Below are positions 1 through 12,909 of a stretch of DNA of 64,000 bases, one piece after another. The DNA is from Octopus sinensis. Lineage: Eukaryota. Numbering within the stretch: the stretch's first letter is position 1; every line of letters begins with the position of its first letter. A model generated the notes under the pieces. It searched no databases and was not told where the DNA came from. It saw only the letters and a list, made by a program, of their open reading frames with translations. The position numbers and the translations under genes are program-made. The stretch is taken from contig NC_042999.1 in the NCBI RefSeq assembly GCF_006345805.1, positions 95,976,001 to 96,040,000 on the forward strand, written 5' to 3'.

Positions 1-1527
1 TTTAGGTTACAAAATCAATCATTCTGTGATTTCTTCATTTATTTAATCAGTCCATTCCAACTGAAAGTATCAGCATTATTGATTTCTAGAATGAGCAGTT
101 GTACATATTTCATTCCGGTGGGTTTTTTTTTCTTTTGTCTATGTTCAAAGATCTATATTTTATGTTTAAAACACTTTTTGGATCTTGATTTATGCACTAA
201 CCACTTGGGTTGAAAGCAGCTCATCAGATATCACCTTCACTTGCTTTCTCTCTCTCTCTTTCATTTTCAGCAGAGCTGAGCTAAACCCCCATCACTTTTG
301 TCTATGACAGTTATCTTTTTATTGTCATCTTCAATTATATACATCTATGATAATAGCATCCCTCCTCACCTTCTATATATGTTTAATCAACAGAATATTT
401 GTCATATCTTTTAAGCCTTTTCATTTTCTGTGAATTGAAATATGACTGTAGTGACCCAGCTATTAGTCTCTTGTTAGCCTATCACTGTTCTATAGTATTG
501 AGCCATGAGCAATTATAGAAACATAAGCAGAAGAGATAAATATTGGACTTTACTCTCTTTTTTATGATTTTTGCATGAAGTTGATTTCACAGAAAAATGT
601 AATAAACAGCTAATTGCAAGAGCACAGAAGACTTTTCCAGTTTATAGAATTTTACTTCAAAAAATATTCATTGTGATTTGATATGCTTTGGAAAGGCCAA
701 ATATATGAATGGTCACTCTTTTGAATTAAAAATGTAAGGCCCACAGTCTTATGCTTATGGTGGGTTTGTGAAAGACATTTCCCAAGTTAATGGGATTCTA
801 GTTGGATGCGGTATCATATTTTATGATGCTAACCTTTCCATGGATAAAGTCTAATAACAAAAGTGATTTGGCCAGTTAAAATAAACGTCAGGTATGTTGT
901 GGACCGTCACTTGTAAAAATAGAAGTGAATGTCAAAAAAAATCCCAAACTTACTCTAATGCAATCGCATTTCCCATCAGATGCTCTACAAACACTTTACA
1001 CATTTGTTCTTTCCCAACCTTGCATGAATTTAACTGATCAGTAATTATGAGTACTGTGCTTCTTCCCATATTGATAGCAAGGGTTTGCTGTTCATTCTGG
1101 TTAATTCAATGTGGTGAGTAACTGTAAATGGCATACCACATAGCTATTGTTTCATAGTTCTATAAAATGAATTGAAGATGTAAAAGTCTTGAATATATTC
1201 CACTCTGCCTTCATGGTGGTAACATTTCAACAGTTTAACTGTTTAGTCTGTGAGTAGATATATTGGCTGATTATTTACATTTTGGAGTTATTCCAGATAC
1301 AAAACAAAAATTAGTATGCCAAACTTACTAATTTCATTTAGGTTGCTATCAAAGTACATCTTTATCATTATTCATAAACATATTGATTTCTAACTTTGGC
1401 ACTAGGCCACAAATTTGTAGTGAGTTTATAATGAATTGACTGAACCTCAGTACTTGGTTGGTACTTTATTTAACATTCTTGAAATGATGTGTGTGCATGT
1501 ATGTTTGTGAAATTTGTTCTTTTTCAG

Positions 1528-1600
1528 TTGATAATAATATTAAGCAAAGTAGATTTTATTCTTTATGCACTAGACTTTCAGTTCATACCTTATCTGTAAG
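1528..1600 (+). CDS. Candidate internal exon A of unidentified host gene (phase 1 to 2; DNNIKQSRFYSLCTRLSVHTLSV-R)
   Basis: Acceptor ttgttctttttcag, donor AAG|gtaaag, one open frame; ends in phase 2, matching exon B. Confidence 0.35.
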
Positions 1601-1789
1601 GTAAAGACTCTCCAACTAGTTTAATTGATAATTAACTGAAATGTTATGGTATCCTGCTGGTAGTAAGTCTCTTGCTAATCTGTGAGTGAATTAATTGTAT
1701 ATTTCAACCAAGGAAGCAAGACTTAGAATTAAGAGGCTCCAGATAAATTTAGCAAAAATTAAAATTTTAGAATGTAGGAAAAGAGGCAG

Positions 1790-1990
1790 GGTCCTAGTAC
1801 AGTTAGCATGTTACCAAATAATGAGGGCCTTTGTCATCTCTATGAGATGCAACATCTTCAGATCTGTCTTACCCACTTCATTTGAAGTCTTCCTCAGTTT
1901 TTCTTTTCCACTGGTTCCATTCATTTTGAACATCTGGTACTGCTTTTGCCCTCCTCCATATGCACCTCATGCCCTCCTTTAGCAGTGCAG
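1790..1990 (-). mobile_element. Degenerate RTE LINE fragment (ORF C-terminus)
   Basis: Minus frame EKLRKTSNEVGKTDLKMLHLIEMTKALIIW resembles GRPRKTWDEVVKHDLRTLGLTEEMTRDRDLW of the RTE copies in this window. Confidence 0.55.
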
Positions 1991-2038
1991 TCTTCTCTCT
2001 TGAACACTACATCTGATTGCTCTTATGTTCAGTTATAT

Positions 2039-2529
2039 ATATTGGGTCAACTCAAAAATAATGCGTGTTTTTCAATTGCATGAACTAAAAGTCATAGGGG
2101 GACGGGATAAACTACCTGCATCAACTTGATAGAAAAACAGATAGTAATTTTACCTTGTACTTATTCTTATTGCAAGTTGTGAAGAGTGCAGTTCATTTTT
2201 TAACAATTATTTTTTCAAAGCTATAATGGAAGTGACAAAGCAGCATATTCGACATATTTTGCTTTATGAGTTCAATAAAGGCAACAGTGCAATGGAAAAT
2301 GTGAGGAATATTAATGCAGTACATGGGAATTGGACAATAAGTGTAAGCCAGTGTCAACGGGGGTTCCAGAAATTCCAAGCTGGAAACTATCGTCTAGAAA
2401 ACGAGCCTCATATAAGAAGATCTGTAGAGCTTGATGAGGACATACTGCAAACCCTGGTGGAAAAAAATTCCATCATAACTGTTGAGGAACTAGCAGAGAA
2501 GCTTAGATTTGGTCATTCAACTATTCATA
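2039..2529 (+). mobile_element. 5' part of a mariner (Mos1/SETMAR-like) transposon, truncated
   Basis: TIR-like start tattgggtcaactcaaaaataatgcg; ORF from 2226 MEVTKQHIRHILLYEFNKG...EELAEKLRFGHSTIHR is the transposase N-terminal HTH region; homology stops where the 336-bp repeat starts. Confidence 0.85.
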
Positions 2530-2642
2530 GACTGAGAGCACTAGTCAGCACCAGTATTGCTAGAAATAAGAGTTAAAAGAACTCATAGCCATGAAAAGCA
2601 CTTATTTTAATGATTGACAAGAGAAGCAAGCTTCCTCAGCAA

Positions 2643-2707
2643 CCAGGCATAGTCAGGTCACAGTGATATTGCATTTTTATTAATGCTCATCAGTGACTCT
2701 CACCTAG
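2643..2707 (-). ncRNA. Type I hammerhead ribozyme, unit 1 (core mutated)
   Basis: CTAGG TGAG AGTCA CTGATGA GCAT TAATAAAA ATGC AAT ATCA CTG TGAC C TGACT ATG CCTGG; stems I and II perfect, GAA changed to AAT and U16.1 to C. Confidence 0.75.
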
Positions 2708-2978
2708 TGCCTTAAGTTAAACTTAACTTGCCTTGTTATTTTATAAGATTATTGTAGAAATCATACTCTGATTTCCTAAATGGTAAAAGTGAAAATTATA
2801 AATAATAATGCTAGCTTATTTGCAATTTTACAACCAAAAGGCAGAAATATATATGTTGCTAAAGTGATTCAGGGTACTAGTCACCACCTGTATTGCTAGA
2901 AATAAGAGTTAAAAGAACTCATAGCCATGAGAAGCGCTTATCTTAATGACTGACAAGGGAGGTAAATTCCTTCAGTGT

Positions 2979-3043
2979 CCAGGCATAGCCAGATTACAGT
3001 GATTTCACATTTTTATTAATGCTCATCAGTGACTCTCACCTAG
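2979..3043 (-). ncRNA. Type I hammerhead ribozyme, unit 2 (core intact)
   Basis: AGTCA CTGATGA GCAT TAATAAAA ATGT GAA ATCA CTG TAAT C^TGGCT; CUGAUGA, GAAA and AUC triplet present; G.U at base of stem II and one stem III mismatch. Confidence 0.8.
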
Positions 3044-3318
3044 TGCCTTGGATTAAACTCTACTCGCCTTGTCAGTTTATAAGATTATTGTAGAAATCAT
3101 ATGCTGATTTCCTAAATGGTATTGGTGAAAATTATAAATAACAAGGGTAGCTTATTCGTAATTTCACCACCGAAGAGCAGAAATATATATGTCACGGAAG
3201 TGACTGAGAGCACTAGTTAGTCAGTACCAGTATTGCTAGAAATAAGAGTTAAAAGAACTCAAAGCCACAAGAAGCATTTATCTTAATGACTGAGAAGGGA
3301 AGCAAGCTTCCTCAATGT

Positions 3319-3383
3319 TTAGGCAGAGCCAGATCACAGTGATTTTTCATTTTTTTAAATACTTGTCAGTGACTTTCACCTAG
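3319..3383 (-). ncRNA. Type I hammerhead ribozyme, unit 3 (degenerate)
   Basis: AGTCA CTGACAA GTAT TTAAAAAA ATGA AAA ATCA CTG TGAT C TGGCT; stem III intact, G8 and G12 mutated. Confidence 0.65.
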
Positions 3384-3759
3384 CGCCTTGGGTTAAGTTC
3401 AACTCACCTTGTCAGTTTATATATACTTTATATATTATTACAGTTTTATTTGCAACTTTCAGAAATAATAAGTAGGAAAATTTCATGAATTTAATGCTGA
3501 TTTAACAGCTAAAAAAAAATGTAATTATCTGCTAGGTGATCACTATGAATGCATTGTCTTTTTTTTTTTTTTTCAACATATTTAATTATTATAGCGATTA
3601 TAGTTCTTACAAAGAGATTTCTAGTGACCTTTTGTTTTTAAGGAAATAGTATGATAAAGGAAAATGTTTATAAAATAGAAACAGATATTTTTGGCAGAAT
3701 TTACTTCTAAGCTGAAAATTTTTATGGCTATTAAAAAGAATAGCCAATATTTGGTAAAT

Positions 3760-3797
<38 letters not shown>

Positions 3798-4361
3798 GGT
3801 GGCAATTATTACTACTATTATTGTCCTTTGCTAGCTCAAAGACTTGGCATACACAGAAAGTATCAAACCATTCTCTCTTGCAGCTGTCGTGTTAGATATT
3901 CTTCAGCTTAGCCTTGATGAATGAACCTGAAAACAATTTCTGTCAGAATTGTTTTCTCAGTTGCTGGAATTGCACCAAGAATTTCCAATTTTTACTGCTA
4001 TTAGCAAATTTACTCCAATCAAATTTTGTTAATATAGATTATTACATTTAGTCTATGTACTTCATTTTTCTTTTCTTTTTTGTATTAAAGGGACTATTTC
4101 AATTTAGAAATATAAAAAATTTTCAACACTAACTTTCTTGATAGTATGAATGATACAGAAAACTTGATAGGGTTAGCAAAATTAATAATTTCTAATTATA
4201 GGTGTCAGTGAGAATAGTACTTAGCAAGTCATATTCTTTGGCAAGAAAATAGTTTGATAAATAACAAGCAATATCTATTGGCTGTTATAAGCATTGATAA
4301 TACTATACAGTAAGAAAAATTCTACTTATTAATTTATTTGCACTTGACAGTTTATTTCCAG

Positions 4362-4446
4362 GAAAATTAAAGAAATAAAGCATCCTAATTTCTTACGATC
4401 TTCTACAATATCAGAATGGATAAATGTTTACAAAACAACCATGCAT
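4362..4446 (+). CDS. Candidate internal exon B (phase 2 to 0; KIKEIKHPNFLRSSTISEWINVYKTTMH)
   Basis: Acceptor tttatttccag, donor CAT|gtaatt, 85 nt, open protein-like frame. Confidence 0.55.
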
Positions 4447-5659
4447 GTAATTTTCAATACAGTTTAATCCATTTTAACTCTTTATCTCTGATTAATTAGA
4501 TGTTAATTTTATCAATAGTCAGTAATTGGAGTTATCTCCTGCTTGCAATAAATATTGAGTGCAAGAAGCACACTGAATAAATCAGCTGGAGGAAATATCT
4601 TCCTGGGGTTAAATGGCAATATTGTCATCTCTTAGAGGACAGTCACATTAAAGTGACCATAAACAATACAGTAATTGATTCTTTTTTGCCAGATCTTACT
4701 GAAGTTTGCTTGGGGCTGAAATTAAACAATGCTGACAAAGTTCTGTAAATCTCTTATGATAAAAGGCAGATTTTCTCTGCCTGTTCCCATGTTTCTTTTT
4801 AATACAATTCTACAATATAGAATTTCTTCAATTGGAATTTACCTATGATTTTTCCAAGTAGATTCGATTGGGTTATGGCATATCAAGTTTTTTCAATTTG
4901 ACCCCCAATTAAGCAAAAATTCGAGAAAACTCAATATTTTACGATTTGCCTCTCACATTTCAAGTGGTTTACTCCTGCTATTACCACCACACTTTCTCCT
5001 ACTTTCTCTTTGCAAGTGTGAAACTATTAAAGTGAAAGTATTCCCTTATTATGTGTGTGTGTGTGTGTGTGTATTAGCAATTCGTATAAAATTGCATCAA
5101 TGACTTGAACTTGAATAAGTGGTTTCACATAAATGGGGATAAATTAAAAAGGTTTGTTGTTATTATTATTACTGTTTAACTATTGTAATCACGCTTGTTG
5201 GTTTCGCGTCAGGGAAACGTTGTTGTGTTGCATTTGTTAAATAATTGTAAACCGTGACCTCCCCCTTTCGGAGAAGGGGCTTTGGTTATTGTTTAAAAAT
5301 TGAATTGTGTCCCTGTTTGGGAAAATTAACAATATTTTCACCGTCTTTACAGAAGCATTTTTGTTAAAATGCCTTCGATAGAAGAAAGTCCAAAAATGAA
5401 TTTCACTGCAGCCGTACACTTCTATACAAGAGGAAGGACAAGATCCAACTGATCGAAATTGCAAGAGACGGGCCTACAATTCCAGTCTGTTATATATTTT
5501 GAGTATTGTTATCACTAGCGATATCAAGATATAACTTTGTATTTTGTATTTTATGTGTAGATGTATATATATAGATGTACATGTAATATGTACACATATA
5601 TATACACATATATACATGCATAATATATCTACCCATACACACATACACACACACACATA

Positions 5660-5725
5660 CATAGGGGCAGGTGTGGCTATGTGGTAACAAACTACGTTCC
5701 AAACACATGGTTCTGGGTTCATGTA
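5660..5725 (+). mobile_element. 5' head fragment of the CORE-type tRNA-derived SINE
   Basis: ggcaggtgtggctatgtggtaa...catggttctgggttca matches the head of the copies at 9258 and 57678. Confidence 0.6.
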
Positions 5726-5784
5726 CATATATACATACATACATACATACATGTGTGTGTGTATGTATTAATGTGTGTGTGTTA

Positions 5785-6176
5785 TCTCTCTCTATATAAA
5801 GCTGAAGTTGTCTGTGTGCACCAGGTTTGGTAGCCTTCAACTAACACTATCTCCTCCGAGACCCTGCGGCGCAAGTTGACCAAAATTGAGTGTATGATAG
5901 AAGAACGGTTGCTCTTCCTTCCGTAGAAGATAAAATTCAAATCGGACCATGTTAACACCAAAAATTATTTACATCAAAAAGGTGTTTTTTTCTATGAAAA
6001 TCCCTATTTTTTTACGATTTTTTCACTGCTGTGTCGCCACTTTTCGGTGTATTTCAACCAGAAAAATGTTCACTTGAAGAGAATAACAAGCTACATAATG
6101 CAAAATTTTTACTTTTCAAAAATTCCAATTCCAGCGGGTCGAAACAAACCCGAGCAATGCTGGGCGATACTGCTAG
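5785..6176 (+). mobile_element. Non-autonomous Helitron (392 bp)
   Basis: A|TCTCTCTCTATATAAAG start; subterminal GC-rich palindrome cccgagcaatgctggg then CTAG|T end; inserted between A and T with no TSD. Confidence 0.85.
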
Positions 6177-7617
6177 TTACTTATAATTCATCTATAAATT
6201 CCTATCCTTAAGGAAAAATACATCTCCTATTTTAACTATACATATTTTAAAACTTTAAAAGGCTGTTGAATGTCAGCAGTTATCATAAATATTTTGCAGC
6301 TTATATGTCCACAAATGTGACAAAGTTCTGTAAATTACTTATAATTATGCATGTGATTACTTCTATTTTAACACTGTTTCATGTAGGTGTATAAACTTTG
6401 TTTCATTTTTGCATTTCCTTTTCAATGTTTACTATTTGCATATTCTTGGTGTATGATTTCACAACCGGATTATTATTGTTACTAACCCCTTGGATATTAT
6501 GGGTTCTATTGTCTGCCAACCAGTCTGCATCATTAAAATAGTGTCTTGTGTAGAGGAGACAATATATGAATATATCATATATTAAAATGTCTACCCCTTT
6601 AGTATTTAAACCAGCCATAACTGGCACAGATATTCTATCAGTTTTATGCTAAAATTGGCCAGATCTAGCTTCTTACACCTACCCTACATATCATTCTAAA
6701 AATAAGAAATTGCATCAAAGCTACAAGATAATGCATGATTAATTCAAAACAATGTGAATAAAGGGGTAAGCATGTGGAATGTAACTACATATTTGTATAT
6801 TACATCCACTCATCCACTGTACCTCTTGTATGCTATTATATAATTATATAATTAGTCAGAGGATAGGCAATTTAAGTTTCAAAGCAAAGTCTGAAACCTA
6901 TGAAAATATATGTTTAATGATTTCTTTATTAAGTGATTATCTAGCCGTATACTTCATTTTTGTGAGTTCTTTGCTTTGTTGTATTTAATGACATTCTTTA
7001 ATCAAACGATTCCTCTATCACAAACTGAGAGTAAACAGTTGTGATCCTTTTGTTTTATGACTCATGAAGTTTGTCATATTTATTAAAACTAAAGAGTACA
7101 TCTTGTTTACTCATAGTTTGAAGTGTTGGAAGTAAGAAACTGATTTTATATTTAATATTGTGCAGTTACATCATATTTGTTCCAGTTTCCAATAGCATTA
7201 TTTTTGCTCAACTGCTAAAATACCTCTTGCTTTTTGTCTCATACTATAGAATGTTAAGTGCTACGTAATATATCTCAAAAGAAAGAGTCACAAATGAGTA
7301 AGTAGAACAGAGTACTAATCATGAGTAAACCACAGGTCTTAAATAATGTGGACATAATTGTAATTTAAACTGATTTACAGTTGAAATGTGTACATGAATT
7401 CACATGACAGTAGTGAAGGCATGAGATATGTTTTATTTTAAACCTCTTCTTTCATCATTTGATGTGAAACTGAAATACCTTATACTATGGACTGTATCAT
7501 TAATTCACTTGTCAAATTTGTATTTTTCAACGCTAGTATATCTAAACTTTAATTTCATATATATAATGTTTGTTAGTTTTACGGGTCATTTTTTTTAGTT
7601 CTTTTTACCAATTTCAG

Positions 7618-7701
7618 TCACTGAATGTTAGCCTTGAAAGGTATAGTTTATTATTTAGACCCACAGTATACAGTCAATGGATATGTATTACTCTTGCTAA
7701 G
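7618..7701 (+). CDS. Candidate internal exon C (phase 0 to 0; SLNVSLERYSLLFRPTVYSQWICITLAK)
   Basis: Acceptor ctttttaccaatttcag, donor AAG|gtaaat, 84 nt; in frame with exon B. Confidence 0.55.
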
Positions 7702-9257
7702 GTAAATGTCAGAATTGATAAATTTCTGTATGTACTTTTAAAAATCAATGATTAGCTTAATGACTGGGATATGAATCTACTATTTCTTCTGCTTCCTTTA
7801 ACTTCTATCTCCTACAAAAATTTGACTACCTCCAAAAGATTCTCAGAAATCATACTAAATGCAATGTGTGAAGTGTGAAATTAAGTGTGCTCTCCAGAAA
7901 ATATATAAAGAAATCCTAGTAAGCATAGCTCTTATGATATCTGAGGAACAAGTCATTGCATTGAAAATGTTGGTACCTGACACAGTCCCTACTGTCCCTC
8001 TTCTACCAGCAAATTTGTACTGCCATTAGTGTCTCAGTCTCATCACGATGCCCAATAAATGAGGGATTACATTGATTATATTACATCCCCTCTCCCAACA
8101 TTTATTCATTCGCCCTTAGGTATCTATACCTCTCTTACCTTTGTCATCTCAACTATAAATCACTCATGCACTTTCTTACCAACTAACATTACTTTTCTAT
8201 ATTGCTAGCCTCCACACTAGGTTACTCGCTATTGACATCTATCACACTCTTACTGATCATTTTCTGATTGTTCCTCATGTGCTTAATACCTCTACCATTA
8301 CTGTCTGATCACACCATGCCATTACTCTCTCTTTCATGACTTTTCTAGCTCTGTTGCCTCTGTTTTTCTCCTCAGCAATGTTATACAAATCACTCTGTCT
8401 TCTTCATACCCTCACTTCTTTTCCCTTAGTTCTTCTTCTACAATCATCCTCTCTTCTACCCTTTTAGTTACATTGCCTTGTTCAAACAAGATAATGTTGA
8501 GCAATGAACACTCCTTTAGCTTTGCTGTGTACATGGCAACTAGTACGCTTTGTAAGTGATTGGCGTATAAGTGAAAATAACGTAGGTTTGAGAGGACTTT
8601 TAATCTTTCCTTGTTAAGGAAATGTAAAAATCACCAGTGCTTGTGCTATGATTAAATGCAAAGTATATATTTCTGTAAAGTGTCTGATTTTTGGTAGGAT
8701 ATCCAGCTGTTGAAATCATGCTATACATAAAGACATTTGGGTGAGATGTTCCTCAACTCATCTATGAGGACAATAACTCTAAATAAGGGTTAACTCTGAA
8801 CATGATGACCTGTCCAACTCATGCCAGCATTGGAAAGTAGACATAAAGTGATGATGGTGATTATGGTGGTAATGACATTGACACAAGCACTGCTGCTGCT
8901 GCTATGTATTTTTTCTATATTCTACTTTTCATTTTAGTTGTTATGCTTCGTTATTCATGCTCACTAACAGTACAACCAGTGGAGAATGCTTGTCTAATTT
9001 CTTTCCAGCTTTCACATAACCTTCACACTAATTGATCATGCTATCATGCAATAGAATATTTCATATGTAATCAAACAATCTAGTTTTCACTTGAAGAGAG
9101 AGTCCTTTTATTGTTATATATGTGTTTGTGTGTACATGCTTTGGTATAAAATAAAGAAAAGGTTTTGAATGAATAAATTCATTCAAAGCTAATGATTCAC
9201 TCCATCACTACTCAGAGCTTTTCATCATGTGAATTTTCAAGTCCCAAAAATATATCT

Positions 9258-9688
9258 TTACTCTCTCTCTTTTCTCTTTTACTTGTTTCAGTCATTTGAC
9301 TGCGGCCATGCTGGAGCACCGCCCTTTTTTTAATCGAGCAACTCGACCCCGGGACTTATTCTTTGTAAGCCCAGTACTTATTCTATCGGTCTCTTTGCTG
9401 AACTGCTAAGTGACGGGGACGTAAACACACCAGCATCGGTTGTTAAGCAATGCTAGGAGGACAAACACAGACACACAAACATACACGCGCACACATATAT
9501 ATATATATATACATATATACGATGGGCTTCTTTTCAGTTTCCGTCTACTGAATCCACTCACAAGGCTTTGGTCGGCCCGAGGCTATAGTAGAAGACACTT
9601 GCCCAAGATGCCACGCAGTGGGACTGAATCCGGAACCATGTGGTTGGTAAACAAGCTACTTACCACACAGCCACTCCTGCGCCTGTAT
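9258..9688 (-). mobile_element. Full-length tRNA-derived CORE-type SINE (octopus OR-like)
   Basis: Minus: A-box TGGCTGTGTGG, B-box-like GGATTCAGTCCC, CORE-like GGCATCTTGGGCAAGTGTC, internal microsatellite, 3' TGAAACAAGTAAAAGAG tail. Confidence 0.85.
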
Positions 9689-11189
9689 GTAAAAAGTTGA
9701 TGATTCAGAATAAAGTCTTAGTTCATCTAATTGTTCAGTTTCCATTGATAATTCACTTGGCTACATAAGTCTTGTGGGCTACTTGTGACCAAAGCCAGCC
9801 ATTGAAAATCAACAACCGGATGTCTCCTGCATTATTATTCTGCACCACTTTCTGCTTTGTCTTTGCATCATACTTTATGTCTAACTGTACTGTGCCTCCT
9901 CCAAGCAATTTATTATACCATCTCCTTTACTTTCTCCTGCTGAATGTGTTTGTGTGTATCAGTCGTCTCTTTATATTAAGATTTGCAATCATAAAATAAT
10001 ATATTGGTTTGAGAAATATATTAAACTTCACTAATGATATCGGTAAAGGTTTCAACTTCATTTAACTTTTTCTTCCCAATCACTTTTTCTGTTATTGAAA
10101 CTATTGAAAGACATTTGGGAATATCTTTATCAAGCTACTGAGATTATTACTTTCATGATAGTTATAATAATCAAAATAAAATTGAAAATGGAGTTATGGA
10201 AAAGAATTTTATTACACTTGGTTTTGGCAATAACCCTGTATCTTAAATATAATATAGTGGCAAGTTTTAAACTGGGCTGTTTGGGAATCAGTTTGAATAC
10301 TCAGTAGTTTTATACTATTATCATAATTGGGAAAGGCTATCAGCTAATATGCATTCAAAATGCCATTCTCCAAATCACTACTAAAATTGTATTTTTGACT
10401 ATCATTTGTAGCTTGTGTTGAAGTAGGTATACTGCTGATCAACAAAGTTGGTTGACAATTTTATATATTATATAAAGCATTTGTCTGTTTCATCAGTTTG
10501 TGTCTAATTCTATTACTGAGAGCAAACTTTGTGCTATAACAAGGTATTGCCAATTCCTCTTAGAACATTTATCACTCTTATTATCAATACTATGTTTCTG
10601 TATCACAAGAGACAATTTTTATTCCTACTTCCTGCTTACTTTTGAATAGCTGCCATTTTCACTCTTACCAATCACTGATGTAAACCAAATGGGATTAGTT
10701 CTTTCTTGTTAAAAACTTACATTTCTGATTTCTCCCACTTCTCTCTTTCTTCCTCCCTCTATCTCTCTCTCTCTCTCTCTCCCTCTCTCTCTCTCTCAAC
10801 ACATTTACATCTGCATATCTACCCACATAATTTGTTTCTTCCCACTATCTTTTTCTGTTGTATATTTATTATATTTTAATGCATTCATACATTAAAACTA
10901 AAAATATTTTAGGCATATGACTAATCAGAATTTTATAATCAACTCCCGCTTTTGATATTTTGAGAAATACTATAATAATAGTTTAAACTATTATTATGTT
11001 TATTATTACAGTAACTTACACCGAAAGCAGAACATTTAATTTGAGTTATTATGTGTTAGCCTGGTCATGCACATTGGCATATGACACTCCTTTATGAAAG
11101 AGAGATACAGTAAGTTCTCATTTCGGAGACCAACTTCTTAATTGTTTGATTGTTCTGACTGAAATTATGAGAGTATTTGATGCTGTCAG

Positions 11190-11232
11190 TTTGACTATTT
11201 TATTTTCACCAACAAAAAACAGCATTCTCAAG
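11190..11232 (+). CDS. Weak candidate exon D (phase 0 to 1; FDYFIFTNKKQHSQ)
   Basis: tgctgtcag acceptor, CAAG|gtattt donor; phase fits exon C but polypyrimidine tract is weak. Confidence 0.25.
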
Positions 11233-11529
11233 GTATTTTTCTATTTTTTAACACTTTACTTAATATCTATTATTTTCTCTTCCTGTGTATATTGGAGAAC
11301 ATCACTCACTAAGTCTTTATCTAACTTTAAAAAAAGAGATATCAAAACTTACAAAATAATGAAATATGGAAAGTAAATAGATAAATTAGTAAAATAACTT
11401 TAAACAGTTATTAGCAAACTTGAAATAGATAATTGAAACATTTAATAACATTTTGAGGATTTGTAAAAAAATATGAATGAATGTTATTAAACTAATTGGG
11501 AAAATACATAGGTTTTTAATGAGTGATGG

Positions 11530-12150
11530 CTTAACTGACACATTTCAGTGGTGTTTGTAATGACTTAGCTTAATGGTGATTGCAGTGATATCTCAATGTT
11601 TAACAGTTGTGATGCAGGTTAGTGTCTAAAGACAAAACTCATCTCAATGTTGGGTGTAGAGAAATAGCTAGAAGGTGTTTGAAATGACACAGCTCAATAT
11701 TGGCTGTGTAGAAATGACTCAGAAGTAGCTGTATTGAAACACTTCAGTGTTTTTAATGATACATGCTCATTGGTCATCAAAGTGATGCAGATCACTGTTG
11801 ACTCTAATGGGACAACCCAGATAGTTGAAATGAAATATTACTGGTACCTATAATAATAATACAAGGCAGTGTCAATAGCAATGCAACAGTTTGATGGTGG
11901 GTTGAAATGAGACAAATAGTTGCTTGTAGTAATGACACTGCTAAGTGATAGTTGTAATAACACAGCTAAATTGTGATTGCAGTGGAACAACTCACTGTTG
12001 ACTGGTTTGAGACTTTAAAACTCTTTTGTAATGACACAATATAGTAACAGTTTTCATAGCACAACTCAGTGGTGTTTGTTTGGAAATAATTTATTGATTT
12101 AAATGACAAAACAGTTGGTGGCTTAAACGGTCAGTAATGGTTCAATTTTT
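11530..12150. repeat. Old degenerate minisatellite, unit about 24-25 bp
   Basis: Recurrent variants of gtaatgacacagctcagtggtgtt. Confidence 0.5.
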
Positions 12151-12909
12151 CTATATACAATTTTTTAAAAATAATTTTGTGTTAGTTGCATGTAGTGGTC
12201 ACAATAAGTAACACAACTCTAAGGTAGTTGTAATGAGAGTGCTCAGCAGTTATACTATCCTGAAAGGCTCAGACAACTTCATTTCATAATGTAAAGTGAT
12301 ACTACATTTCTCTTTCTAATACACACACACGTGTACATATGTATGCATGTGCATGTATAATACCCAGCTGTCTTTATGTACTCTATTTTTGCATATAAAC
12401 ACATCATGCACACACCCTTAATCTCCATTATAAAATTTTGTTTTAATAGTTATCCCTGTGTGTGTGTGAGAGAGAGAGAGACAATGAAATGTGGTGTTTG
12501 AAGATAAGTGAAAAATAAATATGTATACACATAAAAGTAGGGTACCTGAAGGCAGATGAAGAATTAATTTAAGTCTAGTTACAGAACACAAACAAAAATG
12601 AGATTAACAGTCTGGAAATTTGAAATTATTGTAGCAATAATTCACATTTGTAACACAAGTAATGCTTGTTCCTATTTTATATGAATTGTTTACATGTTAA
12701 TGTAATTATATTTTAATACTACAAAATTTGAGACATCTATTTAACTCATTAAAATGTTATTTTCTTCAAATATCTAAATCTCTGGTATTTATTTTTATGA
12801 CTAATTTGCTCAAATAGTTTGGAGTCAGTTTCTTATTTTGGCTATAGACTTTTTAAATTATCATTGTATTATTCTCTTGTAGACATACTTTTGTTATCAT
12901 AAGGAACAA

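Larger units (their letters stand above)
2530..3420 (-). repeat. Tandem repeat of 336-340 bp, about 2.6 copies, each with a hammerhead ribozyme (retrozyme-like)
   Basis: Units begin near 2530, 2866 and 3202 (gactgagagcactag...gtattgctagaaataagagttaaaagaactc). Confidence 0.9.

Noticed and set aside
221-230. Minus-strand CTGATGAGC near the window start
   Set aside because: No downstream GAAA or closing stems
1340-1352. 12-nt micro-exon VAIK which, with KHPNF in exon B, suggests a kinase
   Set aside because: Phase 0-0 does not fit exon A and no other kinase motifs (HRD, DFG) were found
5200-5480. CpG-retaining island with small hairpins (ccccttTCGGAGaagggg; gtttc...gaaac)
   Set aside because: No recognisable RNA, TE or coding signature; CTGACGCGAAAC lacks A9 and stem II
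9600-9688. tRNA gene
   Set aside because: A/B-box head continues into a SINE body; no full cloverleaf
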